A DNA stretch of 51,514 nucleotides, counting the filler, from Basidiobolus ranarum (lineage: Eukaryota), in the NCBI GenBank assembly GCA_040143965.1. It is 2 parts of 2 records of this genome, joined end to end, with 100 filler letters (N's around TTAATTAATTAA, not from the genome) between each part and the next. Parts side by side here need not be neighbours in the genome. Positions count along the whole stretch, not along the records: positions 25,834 to 51,514 come from JASJQH010007016.1; 1 more part is not named here. One strand, given 5' to 3'. The notes below the pieces were generated by a model, which saw only the letters and a list, made by a program, of their open reading frames with translations, was not told the origin of the DNA and did not search any database. The translations under genes and the position numbers were made by a program. Within the stretch, counting starts at the first letter, position 1. Each line of letters opens with the position of its first letter. Shown piece by piece: positions 25,834 through 39,961 of the stretch.

Positions 25834-26813
25834 GCGTCAAGGACCCTGAGACGCTGTGCAATGCTCAATTTCCAAGACGAAGAGCTCACCTACATGATCG
25901 TAAGCTCCCCCTGCCAGGTAAGTATGGTTTACCACCAATGTAATAGTTCATTTTTAAGACCAATCAGTCAATTTTGCACATTATGGGATACGATATCCAC
26001 AATTAGTGTATATAACATTCAATATTTTGTAGTCCACGCTGGTGAACTCTGGCAGTCGATTATTTCACCAGTCAGGTGAGGATACTTACATACCCTCCAA
26101 CTTTTCTTCCAACATATTGTGATGAAAAATATAGTATTTTATATATTATTCTCGTATTGTCATATTTATCTTTGCTTATTGTATGTATTAACAGTCTTAT
26201 TTGGAAAGTTAATAAACTGCTGATAGTTTTCTCTAGAAAAGCATTAACTTCAATAAACCAAAATATTTCCTGGATTCTCTCTTGCCATCATTTTGATTCC
26301 TAATAGAAGTAGGCTTTTAAGCTGAGTAGATAACTAGTTTATTTACTGGATTTTCCTTTCAATTTATAGACAGAAACTATGACAACTAAAAATGGAATCG
26401 ATGTAGGTGTGACTTGGTTCCCGTAGAAACAAGTGAAAATATGGGCGAAAACGAACCAGTAGAAAAAACTCAAGTGGACGCTTTGTCTACGTATATGTTC
26501 AAAATTGAAACAACAGTTTTTCTGCTAGGCCAGGATTATTTAAGTATTGTATGAACCAAACTGGAGTAACTTTAATTATCTGATACTTAGCCTAAATTTA
26601 TCCCTACTGTAATAGAAAGTACATCAGCAGATAGCACTTGTCATATAGGATGTCACTATTATAACAGGTATTCCATGTTGGGATAGGGGGCAAGGCAACA
26701 TATTGTTTGATCAATGCTTGAGTAAGATTCGAAAGGTTTGATTACGTGTTGGCCCCTCACATGTATATAACACCATAGAAGGCCTATAAAGAAAGCAACA
26801 ATAATTCTACACA

Positions 26814-28350
<1,537 letters not shown>

Positions 28351-29081
28351 AAGAAGTCATTATAAGTTCTGTTAGTACTATTAAGTAAAGCGCCTCTGTT
28401 ATGAAGATATTGTGATAATAACCAAAGTAGATAGCAAGTTCAGCAACACGAACAGAGTAAAAGTAAGCCGCTTAGTAACTAACAGTTACCTTTTCATATG
28501 ATTCTCAAGCTGTTCTTATAATTCGAAATTTGTTAGTATAGATAATGAATTCCTACAACTTTAGTTGCTAGGACAAGTAAAATCCAAGTATAGGTGAAGT
28601 TTGTGCTAAAAATGATACATTATATTAGATTCATTGACTGATTAAATGCTCAACAGGTTGTTTGTTATCTCAATACAGATCAGGAAGTACTGGGAATTAA
28701 TGGTATTAGATGAGTAAGAAGAAAGTGGATAATTAGCATACATAAAATGCTTATGCTTACCCAAAATTGAACAGATATTTCAATAACTCTAGATTCTGGA
28801 AAGTTGGTAAAAATATGCGTATTAGAAAATTCCCTAGATATTAATTGAAATCTAGCATCGAATTTAATCATATCATAACTAAACAAGAATTAATTTCTAG
28901 TTTAGAAAATTATGTCATGAAGCATCACGTACCTAAAGTCCCACTGGAACAAGTAACTCAAACTCTATTGCTAACATATACAAACACTCAATACATAGTT
29001 ACTAGCTTTCAATCTACCATTTAAACCCTTTTGGAAGATTACAGGCCGTAAGGAATTCAATTCTTGTCATTTCCACTGATA

Positions 29082-30561
29082 ATGTCTCTTATGTACTCAG
29101 CACTATCCGAGGTTCATTTAACGACAACACTAAAGAAAAAGTTACCTAAATCGGTTCGTTAATGTTTTTTGCCTTCTCTAGTTGAGGTAACCACTTACAT
29201 TTATATGCATAGGTTACCCTTCCTTATAACTATAGGCCTCTTCCCCATTTACAACAACTTGTAAGTCTTCCTTTGCCTCTAAGACAGTTTCATACTTGAG
29301 CATCCTCCTAATCATCACCACGGTTTACTCTATAGTTGCAGCCAACTTATGATTTTAAATTAGAAAAGCACATTGTCAATGTAGCAGACGAAAAAAGAAA
29401 GGAAGATGAGGCACGGATTGTTGCTCAGGAGGAATTTCGTAAAATGGCTGATAAAGAAAAACTCGACCAGGCAAAAGCACGTTTAAATGCCGTGGCACCT
29501 GGACTTTCTAGTGAAGGGGAGATATTACAACCAATCCCAGTAACTTCTTCAGCCCTTGGGCGAGCAGCTTCCATGTCACCCGAACTTGAATCTAGAAGAG
29601 AGATGTCACCAGCCCTTGAAACTTTGAGACCTGCTTCGGAAAACAAGGTAAAGATTTAATATGATTACTTGTGTTTATAGTACCAACCTAACCAAACATC
29701 TCATTACAGGGAGCCAAGGTGGCTAACTTTAACTATTTAGAATTCGAAAACGGGCTTCCCCCTGCTAACCCTTGGGATAGTCCGAAAACATCAGAAGATG
29801 ATTTCAAAATGCTAAAGGATGTACTTGCAGGGACAGAGAAACAAATTCCTTCGCATATCGCAACTGACCCCGACTTTGATCCTCTGGCACCAGTTGCTAA
29901 CTCGCAATCTAACATTGATACGAAAAACAAAAATCCGCCCATTTTACATAATGGAATGGAGACTGCTGCTCCGAATGACGAGATAACTCCTGGCTTTATC
30001 GCCCGTAGCATAACTGATATGTCACTCAATGATACTAAAAATCTTCACTTACATCGATCCCACACGTACAGCTACGGTCAACCACCTAACAGCAATGAGA
30101 AGCATGTCTATCATTCTTCAAGCCCCTCTCATATTCATCATCCCTCCCAGAGTGCAAGCTTTCCTTCTCGAAGTGTACAATCTTACTATGGAAATAATAC
30201 GCTACCTAATTCCGCGCGTGGTTCCCACTCGCACTCACCTGTACCGCACACATCCTCTCATTCTACCAGATATGTAGCTCCACCAGTTGCTGGATCATCA
30301 GCCGCTGCCCACTTTGAGCCTCCTCAGCTACCACCCAAACCCGGAAAAAGCTGGTATCTATCAGAGGATAATGCACCACCACCAATCCCTCCGCTTCCGA
30401 CATCGTTCCTTCATGAGGACCAGGCTGAGGACGACACGGATATTCCCCAAGCTCGTGAATTGGTGAATATGGGATTCAGTAAAGAACAAGCAATCCGGGC
30501 TTTGAAAGCGCATGACTACGATCTGATTAAAGCCACAAATTATCTTTTAGACTCTATGTAA
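29082..30561 (+). CDS. UBAP1-like protein: N-terminal UMA-like domain, low-complexity middle, C-terminal UBA; exons 29082-29153, 29213-29260, 29336-29647, 29710-30561
   Basis: Spliced N-terminus SALSEVHLTTTLKKKLPKSVTLPYNYRPLPHLQQLLQPTYDFKLEKHIVNVADE. C-terminal UBA ELVNMGFSKEQAIRALKAHDYDLIKATNYLL. All three introns are GT-AG, phase 0. Confidence 0.8.
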
Positions 30562-31035
30562 CTCAACCATGTTTATACAATTATCATAAAGGTTCACGTC
30601 ACTTGTAGCTCACACTTACTATTCCCTATTATCAACACTGTTTCCGAAGAATTAATCTCTCTGATGTATACTCGCAAACACGCACATACACACACAAACA
30701 CGCCTACCTATACGGTCACTTACCCTGAAATTGGTATAACATTCTGTTCTTTCAAAGGATTATCTTCTTACACTTACCACTTGGACAATCACAGAACATT
30801 TAAACATCTTTATTAAGCACAACAGGTGCAAATAGAACATGAAAGAGTACTTACACTCTATATGTGAGTCAATGAAATTGGATGATTCTTTCTGTTTAAT
30901 AAACAAGAGATTATTTTCGATATTCAAAGTGTAGGGAATACGACCAGACGATTGATAAATGAATCGGTGATTTGCGTCATGTTTTAAGTAATACTTTAAT
31001 GAAAACAAATGAGATGCACCATATCGTGGTGATTT

Positions 31036-31916
31036 TTATTTCATCCCTGCAGTAGTGGAAGCGGAGCCCGACGTAGCGGTTGCAGGTTCAGGTTCAAGGT
31101 AGTATGTTAAAGCAGGTTGTACTTTCTTTAGCGCTTCACATGAAGTCAACCATAATGGTTTAACGATGGGGACATTCCACTCTATGGCTTTTTGGTAATT
31201 GAGTCCACCAGCATGTTTACAAAGCAAATGTGTAGTTTCCACCGACATCTTTTCCGACCATTTTGCTCCGATTCTTTCGGCGCATTGTTTTAGCTCTTCA
31301 ATCTCCTCTGGTCGATCAAATTCACCCAAACATACATTGATTCCAGTAAGATTTTCGATCGTATGTGTCTTGACTAATACTTTGTTACTCTCAAAAGTGC
31401 CAGCAGACGTTTTCACCTGGATATGTAATAGATATTCATGATCCATATCCAAACCGCTAATCTTAAAGTAATTAACGCCTTCTGGTACGTGATGGCTAAG
31501 CTTTTGTCCATCGCGGAAAATATTAATACTACGCAGCTCAGCGTTATAGAGAACCAATGGATCCCATTCTAGTACTAAGGAGGTTTGAGTCACTCCTTTT
31601 ACGCGAAGAGTAGGAGCTTCTGGTGTATGAGAACCAAATTCTGCCAAGATTTCGTCCTGTAACTTCCAGAACTTTTGCTTACGAATCTTTTCTTCCATAG
31701 AGTCTCGGTTCACATCAATATTAATAATACTACCTGAAGCGACACCAGAAGGAAGTAGTAGGGAAGGAAATTCTATGAGATGGTTATCTTCTGTCAAGAG
31801 GATAGCCTAGGAATAAAGATGAGTGTGAATACGGAAACTGTAGAGAGTAGGAAAGGTTTTTAAGTTACCATGCCAGCATCGATCTTTCCCACAGTAAAGC
31901 GAACTGAGGTACCCAT
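31036..31916 (-). CDS. CHS5: Exomer subunit Chs5 (CHS5_N + FN3 + BRCT); exons 31916-31869 and 31806-31036
   Basis: [32 protein letters not shown] signature, FN3 (TQTSLVLEWDPL...TSAGTFES) and BRCT (NLTGINVCLG...TTHLLC...PIVKPLWL). Confidence 0.95.
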
Positions 31917-32325
31917 GATTCTGAATCCAATTTTTATTCTATATACTGTTAACAGAAGTTTTCTTTTCTGGAATGCGTATGAAATTAGCAGTAATGGGCA
32001 GAGTTGAGCTCCAATATGAAGATAGGCTAGGCTTTAGTGAAGGTCACAAGGCTACAATAAAAATTGTATATCAATGCTCTTATTACAAAGTTAAATCTAA
32101 TATACGTCAGACCAAAGTCATAGGTGCATATTGAATTTGATTTTCTAATTTTCTACCCACTACAATTAATCAGTATTCACACACACACGTACGTTTCAAT
32201 ATCATATTGTACATTCATTTACAGCTGTTTTGACGAGCAATATTCATACTCTAGATACTTTTTTCAATAGTATTACTTTACTGCTTTTACCCAAGCGCAT
32301 ATAATAGTCTTCCAATTGCTATAGC

Positions 32326-32892
32326 ATGTCTTCACCTCCTAAAGAATCTTTTGAGCCGGATTATTTTCAGCTTGCACCGAAAGCCATTTCCGATAACTCT
32401 GACAACCATTTTTTCAAGGAACTAGATACGCGAGAAGAGTTACAAAAAGTAGATGACTCTGAAAGATTTGTAGAAAGATGCATAGACCTGGTTAGTCCAG
32501 AAATGATAGACATGATGTTACAGTTCCAAAATGAGACGTAAGGTTTAATTAATTCAAAGTTACTCGTTTACCTTGATATTAAAACAAAACATAGTTCTCA
32601 AGTTCTAATTACTCGAACAGAGGAGCTTGCAATCTTTAATGAATTTAGTCAAAGCAAATATCAAGAATTACTTGGTCGTTTTCAAAAGCACACACAAGTA
32701 CTGATAAATCTGAGAACAGACTTGGAACTAGTATTTCGAAGAATTCGGTAAGTGCTCTAGATTTTTACCATCTTAAGTAAGCGTTCTCTTATGTTAATTG
32801 TTTACTTTAGAGCTTTGAAATCACGCATTGGCCAACTCTACCCTGAAGAACTATCGAAGGTAGTAAGCGAAAGACCTCTTCCAGAGGAATAG
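32326..32892 (+). CDS. KXD1: KxDL-motif protein Kxd1 (BORC/BLOC-1 associated); exons 32326-32537, 32595-32747, 32811-32892
   Basis: Spliced FNEFSQSKYQELLGRFQKHTQVLINLRTDLELVFRRIRALKSRIGQLYPE matches the KxDL family pattern. Confidence 0.85.
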
Positions 32893-33110
32893 GTTGATCA
32901 AGAAGCATACATCATATCGTATGTTGGTAATATCCAACATTAATCTGTACATAAATAAAGGATCATATCAGTTACAAGACTTCTGCGTTCATATATATGC
33001 TACTGTTGATAGGTAATAGATTATGGACAGTATGTGGCATTGTTCATGGAAGCACAAGTAACAGATAAATATTAAAGTTGAATCCTTTTTATTGCATATC
33101 TACACTCTGT

Positions 33111-33845
33111 TTAATCATCATAATCAGCTTTAGGCTTTGTATTATAAGTACCAACTCTACCTGGGATAGGCCTCTTAACCCTTCCCATGGGACCAATAAG
33201 TTTTTTCTTGCTTCCATAACTGTCTTCATTAACAATTCGATAACGTTCAGAATCGGTAGTGAAAGACATCCATGGCTTCTTGTACGGGTGGGCCGGGGTT
33301 GCAACTCGAAGAACAGGCCGGTTCACCTCTACTTTTGAAGGAGTTCCCTTCATATTTACTGATTCTACTTTGGTTGCGTATCGTGGTGGAACTCCATGAC
33401 GTTGTGGAACTGGGATAACAATTGGAGCGTTATGAAAGTTTGGTGGATGTACAGGCCGTACTGATCTGATAGGAGCTAGAGGATCATATGGAGCTCTTCT
33501 AGATGGATCATATCTATTGAAGGACCAAGCAGGAGGAATTAAGAAACCATCGCTAATCCCATCATATTCAACCACGTCTAGTCCAATATTTCCATCTTCA
33601 CCGAATTCGTCCCAGAGTGTAGCACCATCGTCATAACCATCCCACACGTCCTCCGGAGTAGCAGTCAAATCATACCCGAAACTTATTCCTCTAATCGGTT
33701 TCGATCTATGGTTAGAAGGTAGAACACGAGCAGATATCCTGTGGTTAGAATGCTTGGTGGCTCCGCTCTTATATACTCCCGCCTCAACAAAAGAACTTGA
33801 GATTAGAGCAATACTAGCTATCGCTAAAAATAGAGAGTTTTTCAT
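33111..33845 (-). CDS. Orphan secreted protein (244 aa)
   Basis: Signal peptide MKNSLFLAIASIALISSSFVEA, single exon, TATATAAA about 125 nt upstream. Confidence 0.75.
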   Translation of the reverse strand: MKNSLFLAIASIALISSSFVEAGVYKSGATKHSNHRISARVLPSNHRSKPIRGISFGYDLTATPEDVWDGYDDGATLWDEFGEDGNIGLDVVEYDGISDGFLIPPAWSFNRYDPSRRAPYDPLAPIRSVRPVHPPNFHNAPIVIPVPQRHGVPPRYATKVESVNMKGTPSKVEVNRPVLRVATPAHPYKKPWMSFTTDSERYRIVNEDSYGSKKKLIGPMGRVKRPIPGRVGTYNTKPKADYDD

Positions 33846-34246
33846 TTTCTATATGGACCAGGAGTATGTTCAGGAAATACAATATTCAAGGCGGAGGAGT
33901 GAGGGAATTGAATAGGAAGGAGAAGTAGTTCTTTCACCTGCTCTAGGATAAAAAGCGAAGCATTCTTCTTTATATAGGACGAGCATGCTTGAAGTGGCCC
34001 TATTTTCGAAACTAACTATCTACATTGAAACGTTCACCAGATATCATCCATCTGATACTTGGTTTGTAACATACATTTTAGAGTAAGCATATATAGTATA
34101 TGTCATTGAATGCTATTTATCATTGAATACTATTTAATATTCCACCTCTCTAAATTTTGTTAGTAGTGAAACTTCCTTTGACTACTGCTATTCTGAAGCT
34201 CCTGTTTCTTTGGCTATCAAGGTCAATGTGAGTATTTTTACATTAT

Positions 34247-35016
34247 TTATTCATTAATTTCTCTTTTTATAAGTTTAGTTGACTTCCCATTCTTTGCAGT
34301 CCTCATCCCAGTACGAACCACTCTAGTAGGCACTCTTGGAAACTTTCCCCTGAAAACATGGCCCAAATACTGTGTTCTAATTCTCTTGGGGGAGCCACCA
34401 TATATATCTGGGATGGGGGGAGGTTTCGGGATTGAGTGTTTAACTCTTATGATCGTTCTTTTAGGAGTGACCCTACGTATCATAGTTGGGACCCAACGCG
34501 TTCCACTTACCCTAGTATTAAACCGAATTCTACTACGCGATCTACTAACTTTAACCCTATTCCCGTATTGGTCGACATAGCTGTCCACCTCCTGGAAGCT
34601 TTCTTCCGGAATATCTTGTCTCTCTTTCCGAACTCTACGCGATACGTATCCTTCTATGGGATTACGAATCTTGCGCGGATAAGTTATGAAGAAAGATTGA
34701 AGTCCATTCCCAAGAAAATATCCGTTACGCAGCCTATGTGGAAGTTCGGATTGAGGGATTTGGGACCCGTAATGAGGCGGAAATGAGCCAATTCTTGTGA
34801 TCACATAGTTGGCGATTAATTCTGTATCAGGCGATGTTGTCAACGTATTTGACCTACTACCCCCCAATTCAACACCACTGACCCCTACATTGCTCAGGAA
34901 GACGTTAGAAGAGATTGGGGATCTCCATAAGGTGTAACCATATCTATACCAAATCTAGTCGATATTGAAGCCAGCATAGCACCTGCTACGAGGAAAGAGC
35001 ATCCAGGAAGAATCAT
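34247..35016 (-). CDS. Orphan, probably secreted, very Arg/Lys-rich protein; exons 35016-34950 and 34884-34247
   Basis: A 65-nt GT-AG intron with a CTAAC branch point joins the hydrophobic leader MILPGCSFLVAGAMLASISTRFGVSG in frame to the 34247..34867 ORF. TATATAAA lies about 45 nt upstream. Confidence 0.65.
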
Positions 35017-35538
35017 AATTAGACCACCGCAGATAAGTGGGTCAGAGCGTATTTGTTTATATATGGCATTCACTAAATTTCTCGAGTTTGAGAAAGGTTT
35101 CCTTCTCTCACAAGCCGTATCCCTAACAGTGTATCCATCGACCTTGTGTTTCATAGGACTAGACCGCCTAATTTGTTGTGTGACTAAGCGAGATTTGATA
35201 TTCACATTTGTTGAAACTGGATCTGTAACTCTGGTATATAAAAACATCGAGCAATAGTGAGAGTATCAATTTATGAATTGTCAAAGTGTGGATGAAATGA
35301 ATCCAAGTTCCTTAATGACTACTTATTAATAATCTTATTGTCAATAGAGATCCTGTTTTGAGCCATCGAATACTATAATCCAATAGCTCATACTATTACC
35401 ATTTATATCTATAAGCACGCACTCGATTTGTAGCCAATATACCTCACTATTATACTCTATTTTGCATGCTATTTTATCCGTTGTATCGTGTATGCACCGT
35501 AATATTTTTACATGAAGGAAATAATTCCAAGTTTGTCC

Positions 35539-38500
35539 ATGAGCACAGAATGCGAAGAAGTTTTTCTTGAGCGGAACAACACTGGAATTTCTTCTTCCGA
35601 TATTCAAAATCAACAGTGCGCACCAACCGAGAATCTGGGTGAATGCATTGACTTTAGTCTGGTATATGCTCTATTTTCATTTGAGGCTTCAGTCGAAGGT
35701 CAGGCAAATGTCATACAAGGTGAGCCTCTGATGCTATTAGATGACAGCCATTCTTATTGGTGGCTAATTCGGGTATTACGGGACAATAGTACGGGCTATT
35801 TACCAGCGGAGAATGTTGAGGTTAGTTGGTGTGTTTAGCAAGGAGTTGGATATTTCAGAAAACTTGAAAAGAACTTACTATTTGATATGGTTTTGGAAAT
35901 TAACTTTAAACTGCCATTTCACCCAGACACCATATGAGAGGCTAGCCCGTTTGAACTGTCAACATAACCAAAAGGTAACTAGTTTTTGAGGTATTTCAAA
36001 CTGGATACAGCCTAGTTGTAACTATTTTGGGATACTCACCCTCCTTAAGCTTTGTACAGTAGATACATACAATGTTGAAACTGCAGACAAGAATTTTACG
36101 GAAGACCATGATTTTCCACAACGAAATTTCAAAAGTGTATCTTTTCAGACGCGTTTTATGTCCGAAATATTGGAAAATCCTGATGATGATTATTACACAG
36201 AAAATAGCGATGATGATACCACAGAGGGTAATATTAGAACGAACAAAATGTTCCAAAGATAAGCTAACTAAACATTACATCCATTAGGAATAAAGACAAA
36301 CACCATTTCTACCGAGTATAGCTCCTCTACTTCCACGTTAAGTCCGGTAAATTTATCCACTTTTATATGGTTTAACAGACAGTTGCTTATTTAACTCTGC
36401 AAGGCTAAGAGAGTAGCATCTATTGAAATCATCCAGATGCAATCCCAGTACGTGTATATGAAAGAATTAGAAGAAACCACCCAAACTCTCACTGTTCACA
36501 CAGGAAATATTGACCTCGACTCACCTTGGAAGACGATTAGAACGAACGCTCAAACAACCATTTCGGATATTATAGAGCAATCCTTAGAAAGATTTGATCT
36601 TGAGAAATGTACATTATCCAATTATTACATGGTTGCATATGACTCCGAAGAGCAAGGTATATTTACTTAGTCGAAGATTGCTACCGATATTTATTAACGC
36701 ATGAATTGCAGCGGTCTATCAATTAGATGAATATGACATTCTAACCGAAGTAATCGAAAGTATTTGTGAAGGAACTTACATAATGCCCGGTAGCAACATA
36801 GTTCGAAATTCTATCTATCTACACCTCTCAAATCAACTGGATTACTTCACAAATCCACCACAACTCACGGACAATGTCAATAGAAATACCTCCCTGAGTT
36901 TTTACATAAATCGTAAACTTCGAACCATCCGCAAAGATGAAGCTACTATATTGAATTTCCCTATTCAAATGACCACGGTTAAGGAAACCGGCGAACGCTC
37001 GAGTATAACGAGCATTGCTAAAGTAAAACCAACCATGATGGTGGTGGATTTCCTAAAGTTAGCATTGACCGAATTCGACATGGAAATAGAGACATACACT
37101 GAGTTTAGAGTATTTTTAAGTATTTCCGATATAGGTAACACCAGAATTCTCTCATGACACAGTCGATTTTATTCCTGAAATGTTTGTTTGTTTTTCAATA
37201 TAGAACGGCCTTTACCATTCGAATGTACACTAATGACGGTGTTCCGAGTAATACTTAATTACGATGCCAGTCAAGATAGAGAAGACATTAAGTTTGTAAT
37301 TCGTAGAAATCATCTACCCAGTATCAACCCCTTCTCGTTAAACTCCGAAAAGAATCCCCTGTGTACATCCCCAATCTCCGACGAAAGCCCCACCTCGACG
37401 GTAGTAGATTGTGATAGTGATGAAGAAAATCCTGCAATAAGTATTCATCATATGAGCATCAGACTTTCTATCTTTGAAAATAATCAAGCCAGCGTTCATG
37501 AGAAATTGGAAGTTGAGGAAATACCAAAATCGCTTGAACCCGTCAAAAAATCAGAAGAATATAGTTTGACTAAACTCGAAAATTCAAGCGAAGACATCCA
37601 CTCTCAAATCTCCGAGTCAATCGATACTCTTGAAAATGGTTCCCTCAGTGACATAACCACAGTAAAGGAATTAGTAAATCAACCAGCACTTGATGTGGCA
37701 AGTCCTATTAAGGCAGGATTTAGTACGACCGTATCCCTAGGATATCAAAATTTAGAAGGCAGACGGCTATCGTCAACAGAAATAAAAACTCGCGAAATCG
37801 TTAGCTCTATATTACGCAAGATAGCACCACCTCCGAGCTGTCCTCCACCACGACATCTGATCGCTCAAAGGAAAAATGTGGTTGAAATTGCCCGTGGTTC
37901 TCTCGTTGAACCTGTTATTGTCGAGCATGGAAATTCGGTGGTTAATACTCAACTTATCAAAATCGAAGATCTAGACGCTCCACTAAATGATTCCCATGAC
38001 CATCAGTTCAAGGATAATCGGAATTTCCTCAACGACTCAGATTCCAAGATCGTACCAGCAAACTGTGTTAAAAGCGAAATTGACTCAGTGCCTTGTGAAC
38101 AGACGCAAAACATAATAGAGGAAGATTTGGTAATTGAAGTAGAAAAACAGTCATCGTATCTTGGGAAGGGAGTTATCTCGAATCGACTCTCTAGCGATGC
38201 GGAGGATCTCATAGAAAAGGAAATATCTGGAGAAAGCGAGGAACCAGATCTTGAGGACTCACCTATTGCGTGTGTGGGAGAATATGTTGATACCGCAAGA
38301 GGTCAACCAGTTAGATACATAGTCAGAAATGAAATTCCCCGGGCCTCATCTGATATGCTAATGGGAATAACGCGTAGGATGGTCACTGCTACGGATAATA
38401 GCCTTTTTGAGGCAGGAATACTAATCAGCTCGCCTGAAAATGAGAAATCTCCGGAAACCATGGTGGACCATAATGGACATTTGAGTAAATTGCGGCCCTT

Positions 38501-38916
38501 TTCGGATACTCTGCACCTAGCCTCATATGACATTGAGGCTGATGGATCTGTTGAAACCAGTCCTACTGCGTGGACCGCTCATCAACCATCTAGTCCACCA
38601 CCTGTCTATAACATTCATGAAACGAGCGATTCTGCGGCTGCCCTCTATCGCGATAATGACGAGATGACCGCTTTAATCACACTAGTAAGAGGAGCAGCAC
38701 ATTTCGACTATGATCACAACGAGGTGAATAGTTGTTCTGGCCAAGGAAATGAATATGAACAAGATATTCGAGAATTGTTCACCTCCACTGAGGAAGATTT
38801 ACGTGAAATCGAGAAGGTACAAGCAACTACACGAGTTGTTATATATGAACGATAAACTAACATTCTATTGATAGGAACTCGATCAAGTTATGGCGTCGAT
38901 CGTTGATGTTTTCTAA
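35539..38916 (+). CDS. Bud14/Tea4/TeaC-like SH3 protein with PP1-binding motif and RA-like region, multi-exon
   Basis: IDFSLVYALFSFEASVEGQA...LLDDSHSYWWLIRV...GYLPAENVE|TPYERLARLN is the family SH3 signature. KSVSF is an RVxF-type motif. LTVHTGNI...WKTI begins an RA-like region. The last exon 38875-38916 reads ELDQVMASIVDVF*. Confidence 0.85.
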
Positions 38917-39961
38917 GGTACAGATATACGCTTTTGCCACGCTCCACTCCCCTACCTCGCCCTCGCCCTCACCCCTACCCCACCCCAGCTTTGTAGATAA
39001 GGTTACAACCACTCCCCTCGCCTCACATACACTCACTTCATTTACCTCCACGGTATGTTTAATTGGATGTCATATCAGTAAACTCATTCGAATGCGAACT
39101 TTGTGATTGTAAATATCTATTCCAGTTCTACTTTTTGCAAACCGAAAGCAGGTTCGAAATCGATAGAATCGTCGCTATTTCTCAACTGTCCAAAAAGAGA
39201 ATTTCCTAGAGAAAGTACCAGACTGATCCACCTGACTCATCCACTTGACTCGCCGCATAAGTGTATTATATCCAAATATTTCCAATGCTTTACCTCGCCA
39301 CCCAACCATATTAGTCTTCAGCTGGCCAGCCATTGGACAAACTGGGCAATGAAATGAGTTTCCAACCTTTTCCCAACCCATCGCCAGGAACATTAAGATA
39401 ACAACAGCTAGATCTTGCTGATTGGTTTAGTAATCATCACGATCATGTAACAAATGACGGGAACCCGCAATTGCAGCAACATTGCGGGTTCGTGCAGTTA
39501 ATTAGGATCAATTCGATGATTTCGTGGATTTCCGATGATTTCCTCCGACCGGAAAAATTCTCAAATCTCTGGATTCATTGAATTTCCCAATGTTTTTATG
39601 ATCCAGGTACTCTACCATTGGACCGCAGCTTCATTAAATTTCACGTTGAACAAAAGTAATACGCCCATTTGGTTGGCTGCTTGAACCTGGTCATTCTTAA
39701 CTTCAGGCTTCCAGCTCCGCCTAAGTTAGCGTCATAATTAGATCAACTGCGGCACTGGTTTAGATTATAATTTGACTTGAAACGAAACAAACTTCCTTTG
39801 CTTCCATTCTGTTCTGAAAGTTATCGTTTGCTTCAACTGCTCTCTATTTTCTCTTTCCCCACAATAAACCTCCATCTTATTACACATATTTACTTTGTGA
39901 ATTTGACTTTCCAACTGCTCTTTCAATCCTTTTAAAGTACCCAACCCTTACTGTTATCAAT

